A stretch of DNA of 64,000 nucleotides from an uncultured delta proteobacterium (GCA_963847445.1 CAWJZV010000007.1:299593-363592); one strand, 5' to 3'. Shown: positions 21,084-31,839, numbered from the stretch's first letter. Notes: generated by a model not told the origin, from the sequence alone. Numbers and translations are program-made.

Positions 21084-21337
21084 CCATTTAAACCGCGATT
21101 GTCGCGGGCGTAGGTCTGGGAAACCGAGGCAGCACCTGCACCGGCCTTTGCCGCGAAGGTTGCGCAGTCGAGCCGGCCCCGCGCCTTTGGCCATCGGCAA
21201 ATCCGCGACGCGCTTGAGACCTTCTAGCTCCTGCTCGTTCAAGATTGAACTTACGCCGCTATCGGCGTAAATTTTCGCCACTTGACGATTGCCGCCAGGA
21301 TTGGTTCAGTAACGAATCCGGCGGAGGAGGAGGAAAC

Positions 21338-21700
21338 ATGTTTGGCAAAGGCGTTTTCCAAGCGGAAGAGAATCTCCTGCGCGAGATCGTCCGCAGTGTC
21401 GACAAGAAAATCGATTACTCCGCCCGCGAGGGCGAAGGAAGCAAATTCACGCTGCACCTCAAACTCAAGAACCATGAAGGCGACGTTGTCCTAGACCTCG
21501 AAGACTTGCAGACCGCCAAACAAGACCAGATTCGCCGCCACCAGATCCGTCAGAAAATAAAGGCGCGCTGCGATCACCTGGATCCCTCCCGCTATGGTGC
21601 TGACATCCTTGGCCTGCGATTGGCGCGAATATTGAAATCCTCGCCCAAGCTCGAACCGATGGCGCAGCGCGGCTTTAACCGCGGCGGACCACGACGCTAA
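21338..21700 (+). CDS. Hypothetical protein
   Basis: Strong GGAGGAGG SD, open frame, basic RGG-like tail (RGFNRGGPRR). Confidence 0.65.
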   Translation: MFGKGVFQAEENLLREIVRSVDKKIDYSAREGEGSKFTLHLKLKNHEGDVVLDLEDLQTAKQDQIRRHQIRQKIKARCDHLDPSRYGADILGLRLARILKSSPKLEPMAQRGFNRGGPRR

Positions 21701-21758
21701 TTGGTTATAACCTAGGTTACCTGGCTCTTTTCTCGAGCGGTAAAACAGTCGAGGCGAT

Positions 21759-22623
21759 ATGGCAAAAGCGGAAATGATACGTCGTGCGTTAGCCACCCAT
21801 GGCCAGTTAATCATGCCAGGGGTTTACGACGCTCTCAGCGCGAAAATTGCCGCCCGAGCCGGTTTCGAAGTTACTTTTATTACCGGTTACAGTTTATCGG
21901 CGACATTACTCGGCGAACCTGACTTTGGTTTATTGACTCAGACTGAAGTCGTCAGCGCCGCTCAACGGATATGTTCGGTCATCGATATTCCAGTGATCGT
22001 CGACGCTGACACCGGTTACGGCAACGCAATCAATGTCATCCGCACCGTCCAGGATCTGATCCGCGCCGGCGCCGGCGGGATGTTTTTAGAAGACCAAGTC
22101 TGGCCCAAACGCTGCGGCCACATGCGCGGCAAGCAAGTGATTCCATTAGAGGAACAGCTCAACAAGTTGCGTGCCGCGGTCGAAGCCAAAGGCCAGAATG
22201 ACTTTTTCATCGTCGCCCGCACCGACTCCCGCCAAGCCCTAGGCCTCAGACGAAGCGATCACGCGCGGGATCGCCTTTAAAAACGCCGGCGCCGACGCGG
22301 TATTCATCGAAGCACCGGAATCCAAAGAAGAAATGCGCGAGATCGCCAAACATGTCAAAGGCCATCTGGTGGCTAACATGTTGGAACGCGGCGTAACTCC
22401 GCTGATGGGGCCAGGGGAACTAAAGGAGCTTGGTTTTGACTTGGTTGTGTGGCCGTTGGCGCCACTCTATTCAGTGGCTAAATCGCTCACCGATGTCTAT
22501 GCGACTTTACGCAGGGAAGGATCCACGCTGTCGATTCTCGATCGACTCATGCCCTTTGACGAGTTCAACGGCATTGTCGGCTTGAATGAGAAATATTTGC
22601 TCGATGCGAAATTCAAAACTTAG
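21759..22623 (+). CDS. Isocitrate lyase/PEP mutase family enzyme (methylisocitrate lyase / oxaloacetate decarboxylase-like); frameshift near 22250
   Basis: PGVYDALSA, DADTGYG, EDQVWPKRCGH, IVARTD, ANMLERG.TP. Confidence 0.88.
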
Positions 22624-22661
22624 CATAAGGAATTGGCATTAACCGCAGTCGAGCTAACTAC

Positions 22662-23768
22662 CTAGAGCCGCATCGGCATTAGAACGTAAAGATAGCCCTC
22701 GACACCGGCTTTTCGGATAACGCTGGGGCTGAGCTCGTCTTTCAATTCAAATTCGATCTCTCCCTCACCGCCCAAAACCGCCAAAACATCTAATAAGTAT
22801 CGGGCATTGAAACCGATGGCGATGGTTTTACCTTTATAGTCGGCCTCGACTTCTTCCACTGCTTCGCCAAGATCAGGGTTATTCGCCGAGATCGACAGTT
22901 TGCCGTTGGCGAACTCCATTTTAACACCCTTGTAGCGTTCGCTGGAAAGAATCGAAACCCGGCGCAAAGCGCGCAATAACTCTTCATGGTCGAGTTTGGC
23001 GATATTCGGGTTCCCTACAGGAATTACCTTAGTATAGTCGGGAAAATCACCATCTATTAGGCGCATAAAAAGCTCGACCTTATCCTTACTGACGAGCCCC
23101 ATGTTCTCTTTGAAACCGAGTGAGACGGCGCCATCTTCGCCGCTTTCTAATAGCTTCTTTAGCTCAGACAATCCCTTTCTCGGTAAAATCACCCCTTTCG
23201 TCAGGCCAAGAGAGCCGACTAGCTTCTCTTCGAAAGCCAGACGATGACCGTCGGTCGCGACCATGCGTACTTTACCGCCTTCGCTCTGTTCAATGTAAAC
23301 CCCATTTAGACTATAGCGGGTCTCGTCCGTCGATACCGAAAAGATTGTCCGCTCGATCATTTCGCGCACGGTTGACGCCGGCGTCGTCGACAATCCACTG
23401 CTATCGAATTGGGGGAATTGAGGAAACTCTTTGGCATCCATGCCGAATATCTTAAAAACCGACTTTCCGCTGCGAATCTCGACCCAGTCGTTGTCCAAGC
23501 GTTTTAGTTGGACAAGATCGTTAGGCACTTCTCTGACTATTTCATAAAGCTTTTTGGCATTGACCGTTACGCTACCTTCTTTTACGACCTCGCCATCGAC
23601 ACCACCGCGGACACCCACTTCAAGATCCGTAGCAGTGATACGTATGCCGCTTTTTTGCGCTTCGATCATGACATTGGCGAGGATTGGCATGGTGTTACGC
23701 CGCTCGACAATGCTTTGTGTCCAATAAAGCGTTGCGAGAAGATCTCCCCGCTTGGCTTTAATTTCCAT
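22662..23768 (-). CDS. dnaN: DNA polymerase III beta clamp
   Basis: ATDLE, VATDGHRL, LIDGDFPDY, GFNARYLLD, VLMPMRL. Confidence 0.98.
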   Translation of the reverse strand: MEIKAKRGDLLATLYWTQSIVERRNTMPILANVMIEAQKSGIRITATDLEVGVRGGVDGEVVKEGSVTVNAKKLYEIVREVPNDLVQLKRLDNDWVEIRSGKSVFKIFGMDAKEFPQFPQFDSSGLSTTPASTVREMIERTIFSVSTDETRYSLNGVYIEQSEGGKVRMVATDGHRLAFEEKLVGSLGLTKGVILPRKGLSELKKLLESGEDGAVSLGFKENMGLVSKDKVELFMRLIDGDFPDYTKVIPVGNPNIAKLDHEELLRALRRVSILSSERYKGVKMEFANGKLSISANNPDLGEAVEEVEADYKGKTIAIGFNARYLLDVLAVLGGEGEIEFELKDELSPSVIRKAGVEGYLYVLMPMRL

Positions 23769-23994
23769 ACTTCCTCCCGGTGACTTCTTCCTGTGCTTAT
23801 ATATATATAAAAATAAGTAGTAATAGTAGGGGCTGTGGAAAATGTGGGTAAACGCGTTTAAGGAGATAATTCAGTAAGATAGCTTGTGGTTAACTTGTGG
23901 TGATTATACCGCTCATGCACCGTTTAACAGGTTGCGTGGCGATCTCGCAGAGATATCGACAGAACGAATGGTAATGATAACAGGCTATCCACAA
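23769..23994. other. Replication origin oriC (dnaA-dnaN intergenic)
   Basis: AT-rich tract at 23797-23816, DnaA-trio-like TAG TAA TAG TAG (23818-23829), GGGC spacer, DnaA-box-like TGTGGAAAA 23834, TGTGGGTAA 23843, TGTGGTTAA 23885, CTATCCACA 23985. Confidence 0.88.
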
Positions 23995-25330
23995 CTACTT
24001 GTGGATATTTAAATTGCGCTCGATCACCGCAATGGTCGCTAGCATGTTGGGATCTTCTTTGATGCGTCGCTCAATAGTTTTCGAAGCGTGGATAACCGTA
24101 GAATGGTCTCTGCCACCAAACTTGTCGCCGATACCAGGGAACGATGTTTGGGTGTGTTTGCGGCATAAATACATCGCAACCTGGCGTGGAAAGGCGAGAT
24201 TTTGGGTGCGTCTTTTCGCTTTCAAGTCGCCAATTTTTAGATTGTAATGATCGCAAATGGTTCTTTGGATGCCTTCGACTGTGATTTCCCGTTCATAACT
24301 TTTTAAGTTATTGCGTAGAACATCCTTGGCAAAGTCGATCGTAATCGTAGCCTTGGTGAGCGAATAAAAAGCGCCCAAGCGGGTTAGTGACCCCTCTAAC
24401 TCGCGCACGTTGGAGCTGATGTTCGACGCCAGAAAGATCGCCACGTCAACTGGCAGGGGTACACCCTCGAATTCAGCCTTTTTTTGCAGAATTGCGACTC
24501 TTGTCTCCATGTCCGGCGGCTGAATATCCGCGATCAGGCCCCATTCGAAGCGGTTTCTCAGGCGATCCTCGATGGCGGCAATGTCTTTCGGGAATTTGTC
24601 TGAGGTAATGACAATCTGTTTATGGGACTCATAAAGAGAATTGAAAGTGTGGAAAAACTCTTCCTGGGTGCGTTCTTTGCCGGCGATGAACTGAATGTCG
24701 TCGATGATTAGGATATCGACGTTTTCTAAATTTTTTCTTAAATTCGTCCATCTTATCGCGCCGCAGCGAGCTGATCAGCTCGTTCATGAACGATTCTGAG
24801 CTTAGATAAACGATTTTTAGATTCGACCTCTTGGCCGCCGCTTGATGACCGATGGCATTCACCAAATGGGTTTTGCCGAGACCGACACCGCCATAGATAA
24901 ATAGCGGGTTGTAATGCTCACCAGGCTGGTTGGCGACCGCCATGCACGCCGCGTGAGCAAATTGGTTGCTCGTTCCTATAACGAAGTTATCAAAAGTATA
25001 CTTCTGCACCAGATGACTTTGGCGTGGTTGGCGTTCACGCTCTTTATCATCTTTGCGTTGGATCCTTTCCTGTGGCTTCGCTTCGTCGCCGTTTTGCTCA
25101 ACTTCTATGACCACCTTTAGGTCGTGTTTAGCAACGGCACTAACGACTGATTCGAGATCGCGAAGATAGTTTTGTCCGACCCAGTCGCGAAAAAATTTAT
25201 TTGCCACCGCCACAACCAACTCGTTCTTATTCCTTGAGACAAACCGGATCGGTCTAATCCAGGTATCGTAGTTTTGCTTACCAATCCGCTCTTTTATTTC
25301 TTCTTGAGCTTCAGCCCACAAATAAGCCAT
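23995..25330 (-). CDS. dnaA: Chromosomal replication initiator DnaA (frameshift near 24725)
   Basis: YTFDNFVIG, YNPLFIYGGVGLGKTHL, NVRELEG, RQVAMYL, GGRDHSTVIH. Confidence 0.97.
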
Positions 25331-25389
25331 AGAAAGGACCACTGCAAGTAAGAATTTCTGCTAAAAACAAAAAATAGTTACAAACAACG

Positions 25390-25409
25390 TTATCCACAGC
25401 TGTGGATAA
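25390..25409. promoter_or_regulatory. Pair of perfect inverted DnaA boxes upstream of dnaA
   Basis: TTATCCACA-GC-TGTGGATAA. Confidence 0.9.
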
Positions 25410-25717
25410 CTAATTACTTGCTGAAATTGATGTTGTTATAGAAATTGCTAAGAGAAAATTCGCCGGCAAATTTATTTTACCCGAACGATTTATCCCAATA
25501 CTCGCCGAGAACCATTCACTCCGCCGCATGACGAGAGAAGTTTTTTTTCTCAAACGGGCAGCGAGTCGACGTGAAAATGAATTGTGTGTCATTGAGAAGG
25601 AAGTGTAATATGCCTTTTCAAAATTCATTGCAAGAAAAAAAATAAAGAAAGTTTTTTTTTCAGCGATTCAACGAACTTGACAGAATCAAAGTGCGATGTT
25701 AGCAACACTCACTCGCA

Positions 25718-27007
25718 ATGTTTTTACAATCGAAAAAATTATTTCGCCGTGCTTTGAAGAAAATTCCCGGTGGGGTGAACAGCCCGGTCCGCGCGTGGAA
25801 GTCGGTTGGCGGCTCGCCGCTATTTATTTCCCGCGGTCAAGGCAGTTATGTCTTCGACGCCGACAAGAAACGATATATCGACTATGTCGGCTCATGGGGA
25901 CCGATGATTCTCGGTCACGCCAACGCGAAGATAATCCGCGCAATCACTCGACGTGCTGCTAATGGGACAACTTTCGGCGCGCCGACACTAGGGGAAGTGG
26001 AGTTGGCGGAATTAGTTTCGCAGCGCATGCCATCGATCGACAAACTTCGCTTGGTCAGCTCCGGCACCGAAGCGACGATGAGCGCGATCCGCTTAGCGCG
26101 CGCGTTTACCAATCGGACCAAACTCGTCAAGTTCGACGGCTGTTACCATGGCCATTCCGATGGCTTACTCGTAAAAGCTGGCTCCGGTGTTGCCACTCTT
26201 AGTCTGCCCGATAGTCCCGGCGTGCCGGCGAGCATCGCGCGTGAAACACTGACAGCCAAGTACAACGATTTAAAGTCTGTGCGAAATTTGTTTCATCGTT
26301 ACGGCAACGATATTGCCGCAGTGATCGTCGAACCAGTTTGCGGCAACATGGGGGTGATTCTTCCTCAAGCCGATTTTCTCGACGGCCTGCGCAAAATGAC
26401 AACACAGTCGGGTGTTGTACTGATCTTTGATGAGGTCATCACCGGATTTCGTATCGCTCCAGGCGGCGCCCAGCAACGCTATAAGATAAAACCCGACTTA
26501 ACATGTTTGGGGAAAATTCTCGGCGGTGGCTTGCCGTTGGCTGCTTTCGGCGGGCGCCGACGAATCATGGACCAGTTAGCGCCGCTCGGTCCGGTTTACC
26601 AGGCCGGAACCTTGTCGGGCAATCCGTTGGCAGTTGCCGCCGGCACTGAAACATTGCACATGCTGGCGCGACGTGGCACCTACAAAAACCTCGAGGCCAA
26701 AGGCCAAAGGCTTGCGGACGGTTTAAATGAAGTCATCCGCAAGCACGGGATCAGGGCAACGATCAACCGTGTCGGTTCGATGTTGACTTTGTTCTTCGGT
26801 GTCGATTCCGTTACCACCGTGGACGATGCGCGCCGCTGTGACCGCAAACAATTCGCCGGTTTTTTTCATGGTATGCTCAAACGTGGCGTTTATTTGCCGC
26901 CCGCACCTTTTGAGGCTTGGTTCGTCTCCCTTGCTCACTCAAACGCTGATTTGGACAGGACAATTTCCGCTTTTGACGATTGGGCCGGGAGCGCCGATCG
27001 TGGTTGA
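25718..27007 (+). CDS. hemL: Glutamate-1-semialdehyde 2,1-aminomutase
   Basis: PGGVNSPVRA, SSGTEATMSA, GCYHGH, FDEVITGFR, GKILGGGLP, QAGTLSGNP. Confidence 0.97.
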   Translation: MFLQSKKLFRRALKKIPGGVNSPVRAWKSVGGSPLFISRGQGSYVFDADKKRYIDYVGSWGPMILGHANAKIIRAITRRAANGTTFGAPTLGEVELAELVSQRMPSIDKLRLVSSGTEATMSAIRLARAFTNRTKLVKFDGCYHGHSDGLLVKAGSGVATLSLPDSPGVPASIARETLTAKYNDLKSVRNLFHRYGNDIAAVIVEPVCGNMGVILPQADFLDGLRKMTTQSGVVLIFDEVITGFRIAPGGAQQRYKIKPDLTCLGKILGGGLPLAAFGGRRRIMDQLAPLGPVYQAGTLSGNPLAVAAGTETLHMLARRGTYKNLEAKGQRLADGLNEVIRKHGIRATINRVGSMLTLFFGVDSVTTVDDARRCDRKQFAGFFHGMLKRGVYLPPAPFEAWFVSLAHSNADLDRTISAFDDWAGSADRG

Positions 27008-27041
27008 TCCAGCATAATCTTCATGCTAAAAAACTAGCCCA

Positions 27042-27329
27042 GTGGAGAAAATTGGGGGCCGCCCCAATCGTCGGCACGATAGTCAAACTCCGCTCCTGCG
27101 CGGCGCAGGATTATACTTGGGAGTTGCTTTCGAACTACCAGGCACCATTATAGGTGGCCTGGCAGTCGGCTATTTTCTCGACGAATATCTTCGTACCTCG
27201 CCGTGGTTTCTCATTTCGCTTACGGCGTTAGCTTTTGTCGGGGCGTTCGTCCGGTTGATACGGTGGGTGAAGTTTTTTGCGCGCACTCGCAATGGAAGCA
27301 ACGGCCCGCAAGACCATACTGAGGATTGA
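27042..27329 (+). CDS. AtpZ/AtpI-family small membrane protein
   Basis: GG..VGYFLDEYL.TSPWF; first gene of the Fo operon. Confidence 0.8.
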   Translation: MEKIGGRPNRRHDSQTPLLRGAGLYLGVAFELPGTIIGGLAVGYFLDEYLRTSPWFLISLTALAFVGAFVRLIRWVKFFARTRNGSNGPQDHTED

Positions 27330-27669
27330 ATGTTGGCATGCCGTTTTGTTGTTGGCATTGTTTCTGGTCGTGGGCCGGGGCACCGCCATCGATGGCATGG
27401 CGCTGATTGCCGGCGGCGTGTTCATGGGAGTCAATTTTCTCCTGCTTAGCTTCGGTGTTGCGGCGGTTCTGACGCCGCTCGCTAGCAAGGGTCAAGTAAA
27501 ACTCGGCGTCGGCTTGTTAGTGCTGAAGGTCATGTTGTTTTTGGCGCTATTGACGACGGTGTTTTATCGCTTTCAATTGGACGCGATTTCCTTTGCGCTG
27601 GGCTTTTCGACTTTGATCGTGGCCATTGTTGTCGAAGCAGTTAGAAGATCGCTAGCGGTGGAGACCTAG
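27292..27669 (+). CDS. ATP synthase protein I-like (four TM segments)
   Basis: Hydrophobic, GVNF.LL motif, directly upstream of atpB. Confidence 0.75.
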   Translation: MEATARKTILRIECWHAVLLLALFLVVGRGTAIDGMALIAGGVFMGVNFLLLSFGVAAVLTPLASKGQVKLGVGLLVLKVMLFLALLTTVFYRFQLDAISFALGFSTLIVAIVVEAVRRSLAVET

Positions 27670-27675
27670 GGAAAT

Positions 27676-28467
27676 ATGGAACATCCGTATACTTGGTATA
27701 ACGCGCTGCCAGAGGGCTTGCAGCATATGTTCGGCGATCATACGTTCTTCGCCGTTGTCGCCGGCCTGTTACTAATAGTGTTTGCCATCAAAGCTCGCGG
27801 CGCGTTGGCCAAGGCTAGCGACCCGGTTGTGCCTGCGGCGGAGCTTGGATCGAGAAATATTGCCGAGCTAATTGTCCAACTGATCGTCAGTCAGAGTGAC
27901 GCTATCATTGGTAAGGCCGGGCGCAAGTATGTGCCGTTTTATGGCACCTTTTTCTTTTTCATACTGTTAAGTAATCTGATGGGTTTATTGCCGGGGTTTG
28001 CGCCGCCGACTGGTAATCTGAACACCACCATCGGCCTCGCCCTGGTATCCTTTATCGGCTACAACGTTATCGGTGTGCGCGAGCAGGGTGTCGCCTACTT
28101 CAAGCATTTTGTCGGTCCAATGACCGGTCTCCCCGGCAGCAGCATCGTTTCGAAGCTTGCGTTGCTGCCGGTGCTGCTGCTCTCCGTGGTGTTTTTCTTT
28201 ATTCTTGAAGTGTTTTCCCATGGTTTTCGTCCGGTCTCCCTGTCGTTGCGTCTGTTCGGCAACATGATGGGCGACCATGAAGTCATCGGCGCGTTTATCA
28301 GTTTAACTAAACTGGTTGTGCCGGTAGCGTTCTATATAATGGGAACCTTGGTCTGCCTGATTCAGGCTTTCGTTTTTACGTTGTTGAGCATGATTTACGT
28401 CGCCTTGGCCGTCAGTCACGGACACGACGAAGAGCATGGTCAGGACGCCCAGCAAGCACATCATTAA
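27676..28467 (+). CDS. atpB: ATP synthase Fo subunit a
   Basis: FILLSNLMGLLPG, RPVSLSLRLFGNM, IQAFVFTLLSMIY. Confidence 0.97.
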   Translation: MEHPYTWYNALPEGLQHMFGDHTFFAVVAGLLLIVFAIKARGALAKASDPVVPAAELGSRNIAELIVQLIVSQSDAIIGKAGRKYVPFYGTFFFFILLSNLMGLLPGFAPPTGNLNTTIGLALVSFIGYNVIGVREQGVAYFKHFVGPMTGLPGSSIVSKLALLPVLLLSVVFFFILEVFSHGFRPVSLSLRLFGNMMGDHEVIGAFISLTKLVVPVAFYIMGTLVCLIQAFVFTLLSMIYVALAVSHGHDEEHGQDAQQAHH

Positions 28468-28538
28468 GCGACGCGCCGTGCGGTGAGGAAGAGGACAGAG
28501 GGGTGGCAGGCCGAAAATCGCTAGAAAGGAGCATAAAG

Positions 28539-28856
28539 ATGAAAAAGCTGATTGCCTTTGTTGCAACCTTCATGATGGCCGTAATGGCCAGTGGTGTAGC
28601 GATGGCCGCGGATAGCGCAGCGGGCGACTCGAAATCGGTCGCCATTGCGCTCTCCGCCGGTGTCGCCGTCGCGATCGCTGCCTTCGGCGCCGCTTTGGGC
28701 CAAGGTCGCGTCGGCGCGGCCGCAATGGAAAGCATCGGGCGCAATCCCAATGCCGCTGATAAGCTGTTCTTGCCGCTGGTGCTGACGCTAGCGCTGCTTG
28801 AAGCTTTGGCGCTTTACGGTTTCGTCATCGCAATTCTCTTGCAAGGCAAGATCTAA
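28539..28856 (+). CDS. atpE: ATP synthase Fo subunit c with an N-terminal leader
   Basis: GAALGQG, GRNP, LALLEAL.LY; AAGGAG SD. Confidence 0.96.
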   Translation: MKKLIAFVATFMMAVMASGVAMAADSAAGDSKSVAIALSAGVAVAIAAFGAALGQGRVGAAAMESIGRNPNAADKLFLPLVLTLALLEALALYGFVIAILLQGKI

Positions 28857-28882
28857 CTGCGAGAACGATTCATTCGACCATT

Positions 28883-28915
28883 AAAGGGTGAGGAGATTTC
28901 TCCTCACCCTTTTTT
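28883..28915 (+). terminator. Rho-independent terminator
   Basis: AAAGGGTGAGGAGA-tt-TCTCCTCACCCTTTTTT. Confidence 0.9.
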
Positions 28916-28933
28916 ATGTGCTAAAAAGAATCT

Positions 28934-29392
28934 TTAAGCGGGTAAATCGACTTTGTGAAGTTGCACTTGGGTGTAGCGCATGAGTTCCTCAAGCGTGTGA
29001 AGCTTATAAGGCTTGAGATAATAGATTTCTTTGATTCCGGTATTGACCAGGACCTTGAGACAATGGATGCAAGGCGTGTGGGTGATGTAGATCGCCGCAT
29101 CCTTTATATTCGAGCCATTCTTGGCGGCCTGGGCGATCGCGTTCATCTCGGCGTGGATGGTACGAAAGCAGTTCTGTTCGGTGTCGCCGTTAGGGGTTTT
29201 CGATTCGTAAATCAAGCAGCCCACGTCGGTGCAGTGGGGCATCCCGGCGGGCGCGCCGTTATATCCGGTGGCAAGAATATTCTTGTCGCGGGCGATCACG
29301 GCGCCGACTTTGGCACGGGTGCAGGTCGACCGCTCGGCCACCTGCAAGGTGATGGTCATGAAATACTGATCCCAGCTCAAACGTTCACTCAT
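28934..29392 (-). CDS. dCMP deaminase (ComEB-like)
   Basis: WDQYFM, RSTC, TGYNG, HAEMNA, PCIHC. Confidence 0.92.
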   Translation of the reverse strand: MSERLSWDQYFMTITLQVAERSTCTRAKVGAVIARDKNILATGYNGAPAGMPHCTDVGCLIYESKTPNGDTEQNCFRTIHAEMNAIAQAAKNGSNIKDAAIYITHTPCIHCLKVLVNTGIKEIYYLKPYKLHTLEELMRYTQVQLHKVDLPA

Positions 29393-29410
29393 GATTGCCT
29401 CTCGAGCCTG

Positions 29411-30196
29411 CTAGTCTTTGACCGTGACAGTCACTTTATCGCCGATTTTCGCACCGGTCCGTTGCCAAGACACTACCCTTATTAATGGCAATCTCCAGTA
29501 GGCCCCAACTGTTAAACAGACAGGCGAACGCGCCACTACTGACGTTGGCGTAAGTTGGTCACCAAACCGCTCAATTGGAACGTCGGCCAAAGGCTGACCC
29601 GCAACCGATCCACCGGAAACCCTGTCAAATCACGCGCGCGAATGTTTGTAAATAGGTTGCCGAAGCTGTCGGCATAGATGATTTCACCTTCCAGCCGATT
29701 GTCGCTGCAAAGGACTTGCGGCATGAACAGATTCACCAATGTATCTAGTGGCTTGCCGAACTCATTGTGGGGACACCGAGGGATAGGTGTGCGGCAACCG
29801 GCGCGAAGATGTCGCGGCCATGAAACGTATTGCTGACATGTTCCAGGTGGTAATCGGCATTGGTTAATTCGACGATGCGCTCCGGCGCTTTGCGATCCAG
29901 CGCCAAGCTCAGACGCCGTTGTCGGGTCCGACAAAATAGTTGTCCTCATGTTCGACAAGGATCGGTTTCCGAGCGCTGCCGACCCCAGGGTCGACCACGA
30001 CGACATGAACGGTGCCGGCAGCGAAATAGCGTACCGAGTGCTGCAGGATCAACGCTCCGGCCATGACGTTCTGCGCCGGCACGCCATGGGTGAGATCGAT
30101 GACTTGAACTTTCGGGTTGATCGCCGCGATGACGCCTTTCATGATGCCGACAAAAGGGTCCTGATAGCCAAAATCGGTAGTGAGCGTTATCACCAT
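29411..30196 (-). CDS. SAM hydroxide adenosyltransferase / chlorinase-fluorinase family (DUF62); several frameshifts
   Basis: ITLTTDFG, DLTH, VVDPGVGSAR, GPDNG, TFHGRDIF, DSFGNLFTN. Confidence 0.88.
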
Positions 30197-30243
30197 GGTT
30201 GGGTGTCCGGTTGGACCATAATTCTCAGGCTGGCGGATGGGGT

Positions 30244-31191
30244 TTAAAGTTCTTCCAGCACCGCGGCAAACAGCAACGGCACCATGATCTCCATGTGGCC
30301 GGTGAGATTGTAGCCTTTGCCGCCATGCATAGTCGGGCGGTTGACGACGTTGGTGAGCGGCCGGTAGTGCTGCAGAAAGTCGAGATTGACCGTCGTCAGA
30401 TGACCAATCGGGTGACCGAGATTGCGCGCCAAGCTGACCGCTTTCAAAAACACTTCCGGCAGCACCACGGCGGAACCGACGTTCAGGTAAATGCCGCGAT
30501 CGAGGGTCGCGACGACTGAAGTGAGTGTGCGGAAGTCGCGCAGGCTGCCATCGCCGAGCGCTTTGCCATCGGCTTTCGGATGCATATGAATAATATCGGT
30601 GCCGATGGCGATATGGGATGTGACGGGAATACCCAGCCGGGCCGCGGTGGCGAGAATGCTCAGCTTGCGGTGGGTGAGACGGTGTTTGTTAATGGCTAAT
30701 CCGACAGCAGCGCCGATGCCCAAGTTGTTCTTCGAACCGTCGATAATCGCTTGATTGATGAAGCTTCCAGTCTCTTCGCCCATGCCAAAGCTGCCGTCCT
30801 TGAGCGCGGCGGCGACGTCTTCGGAAGTCTCGCCCATGTAGGCGAGCTCGAAGTCATGGATTACGCCGGCGCCATTGAGCGCGATGGCATCGATGATACC
30901 GCGCTCCATGAAGTCTATGATTAACGGGCTTAGGCCGACTTTAATCGGGTGTGCCCCCATGCCCAATACCACCGTGCGATTCTTCGCATGGCAATCGGCG
31001 ATCTTGCGGGCGATCTCCTGTAAATTCTGCGCTGCAAGGATCTCCGGCAAGCCGCGTAAGAATGCGCGCACACTCGCTCCCTTGGTCAATTTCTTGCCAA
31101 GAAGCGTCGTCTGCACTTTGCTCAATCGCTTGGCGACCGGATAGGTGCGGACCTTGGTAAAATCGAGGGGTTTGAAATTTTTTCTTGGCAT
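30244..31191 (-). CDS. Conserved protein with a deoxyhypusine-synthase-like fold, gmhA-linked (resembles Geobacter GSU2086)
   Basis: GMGAHPIKVGL, HDFELA..G.TSEDV, IGTDIIH, GSAVVLPEVFLK, YRP.TNVV.RP. Confidence 0.7.
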   Translation of the reverse strand: MPRKNFKPLDFTKVRTYPVAKRLSKVQTTLLGKKLTKGASVRAFLRGLPEILAAQNLQEIARKIADCHAKNRTVVLGMGAHPIKVGLSPLIIDFMERGIIDAIALNGAGVIHDFELAYMGETSEDVAAALKDGSFGMGEETGSFINQAIIDGSKNNLGIGAAVGLAINKHRLTHRKLSILATAARLGIPVTSHIAIGTDIIHMHPKADGKALGDGSLRDFRTLTSVVATLDRGIYLNVGSAVVLPEVFLKAVSLARNLGHPIGHLTTVNLDFLQHYRPLTNVVNRPTMHGGKGYNLTGHMEIMVPLLFAAVLEEL

Positions 31192-31201
31192 CGCAGTTTA
31201 C

Positions 31202-31782
31202 TTACTCGGCAGGATAAAGAGCAGCGTCGACCAGCTCGCAAATCACATGGCCGATGAGTATATGGCTTTCTTGGATACGCGCAGTATCGTTGCTCGCGCC
31301 GACGTTGAGCAGATGATCCACCTTGCCGGTCATTCGGCCGCCGCTGCCGCCCGTCAGTCCGATGGTGCGAATCTGTAGCTGCATGGCAGACTTCCACGTG
31401 CGGCAATCACGTTGGCGGAGTTGCCGCTGGTTGAGATGGCGATCGCCACGTCGCCAGGCTTGCCCAGTGCTTGGATCTGTTTGGCGAAGACCATGCTGTA
31501 ATCGTAATCATTGGCGATGCTGGTGAGCGCTGATGAATCGGTTGTCAAAGCGATCGCGGCTAGGGGCGGTCGCTCGACCCGAAAGCGGTTCACAAACTCG
31601 GCGGCGATGTGTTGGGCGTCGGCAGCGCTGCCACCGTTGCCGAAAAGCAGCAATTTGTTGCCCGATTTGAAAGCTACGACAACGGCATCGATAGCCTTGG
31701 CGAGAATGTCGAGATTGTCGCGCAGGAAAGCTTGTTTGACTCGGATGCTTTCATCAAAAGCGGCGACGATGGCATCTTTCAT
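31202..31782 (-). CDS. gmhA: Phosphoheptose isomerase (frameshift near 31390)
   Basis: [36 protein letters not shown]. Confidence 0.94.
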
Positions 31783-31839
31783 AGCTTTTTCTCGTAGTGT
31801 TTAGTCATTTGGCGCTGCACGCCGCGCTTGGCTAACGCT

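Noticed and set aside
21045-21281. Small minus-strand ORF MAKIYADSG...
   Set aside because: No recognisable motif or SD, and it overlaps the end of the upstream gene; cannot be supported
27042-28856. Fo-only atp operon as a novel system, or a Na+-coupled c subunit
   Set aside because: Split atp operons are normal in Deltaproteobacteria-like genomes; subunit c has Q and E but EAL instead of the ES/T Na+ signature
29411-30196. True fluorinase or chlorinase
   Set aside because: Housekeeping context and DUF62-type motifs fit the common SAM hydroxide adenosyltransferase
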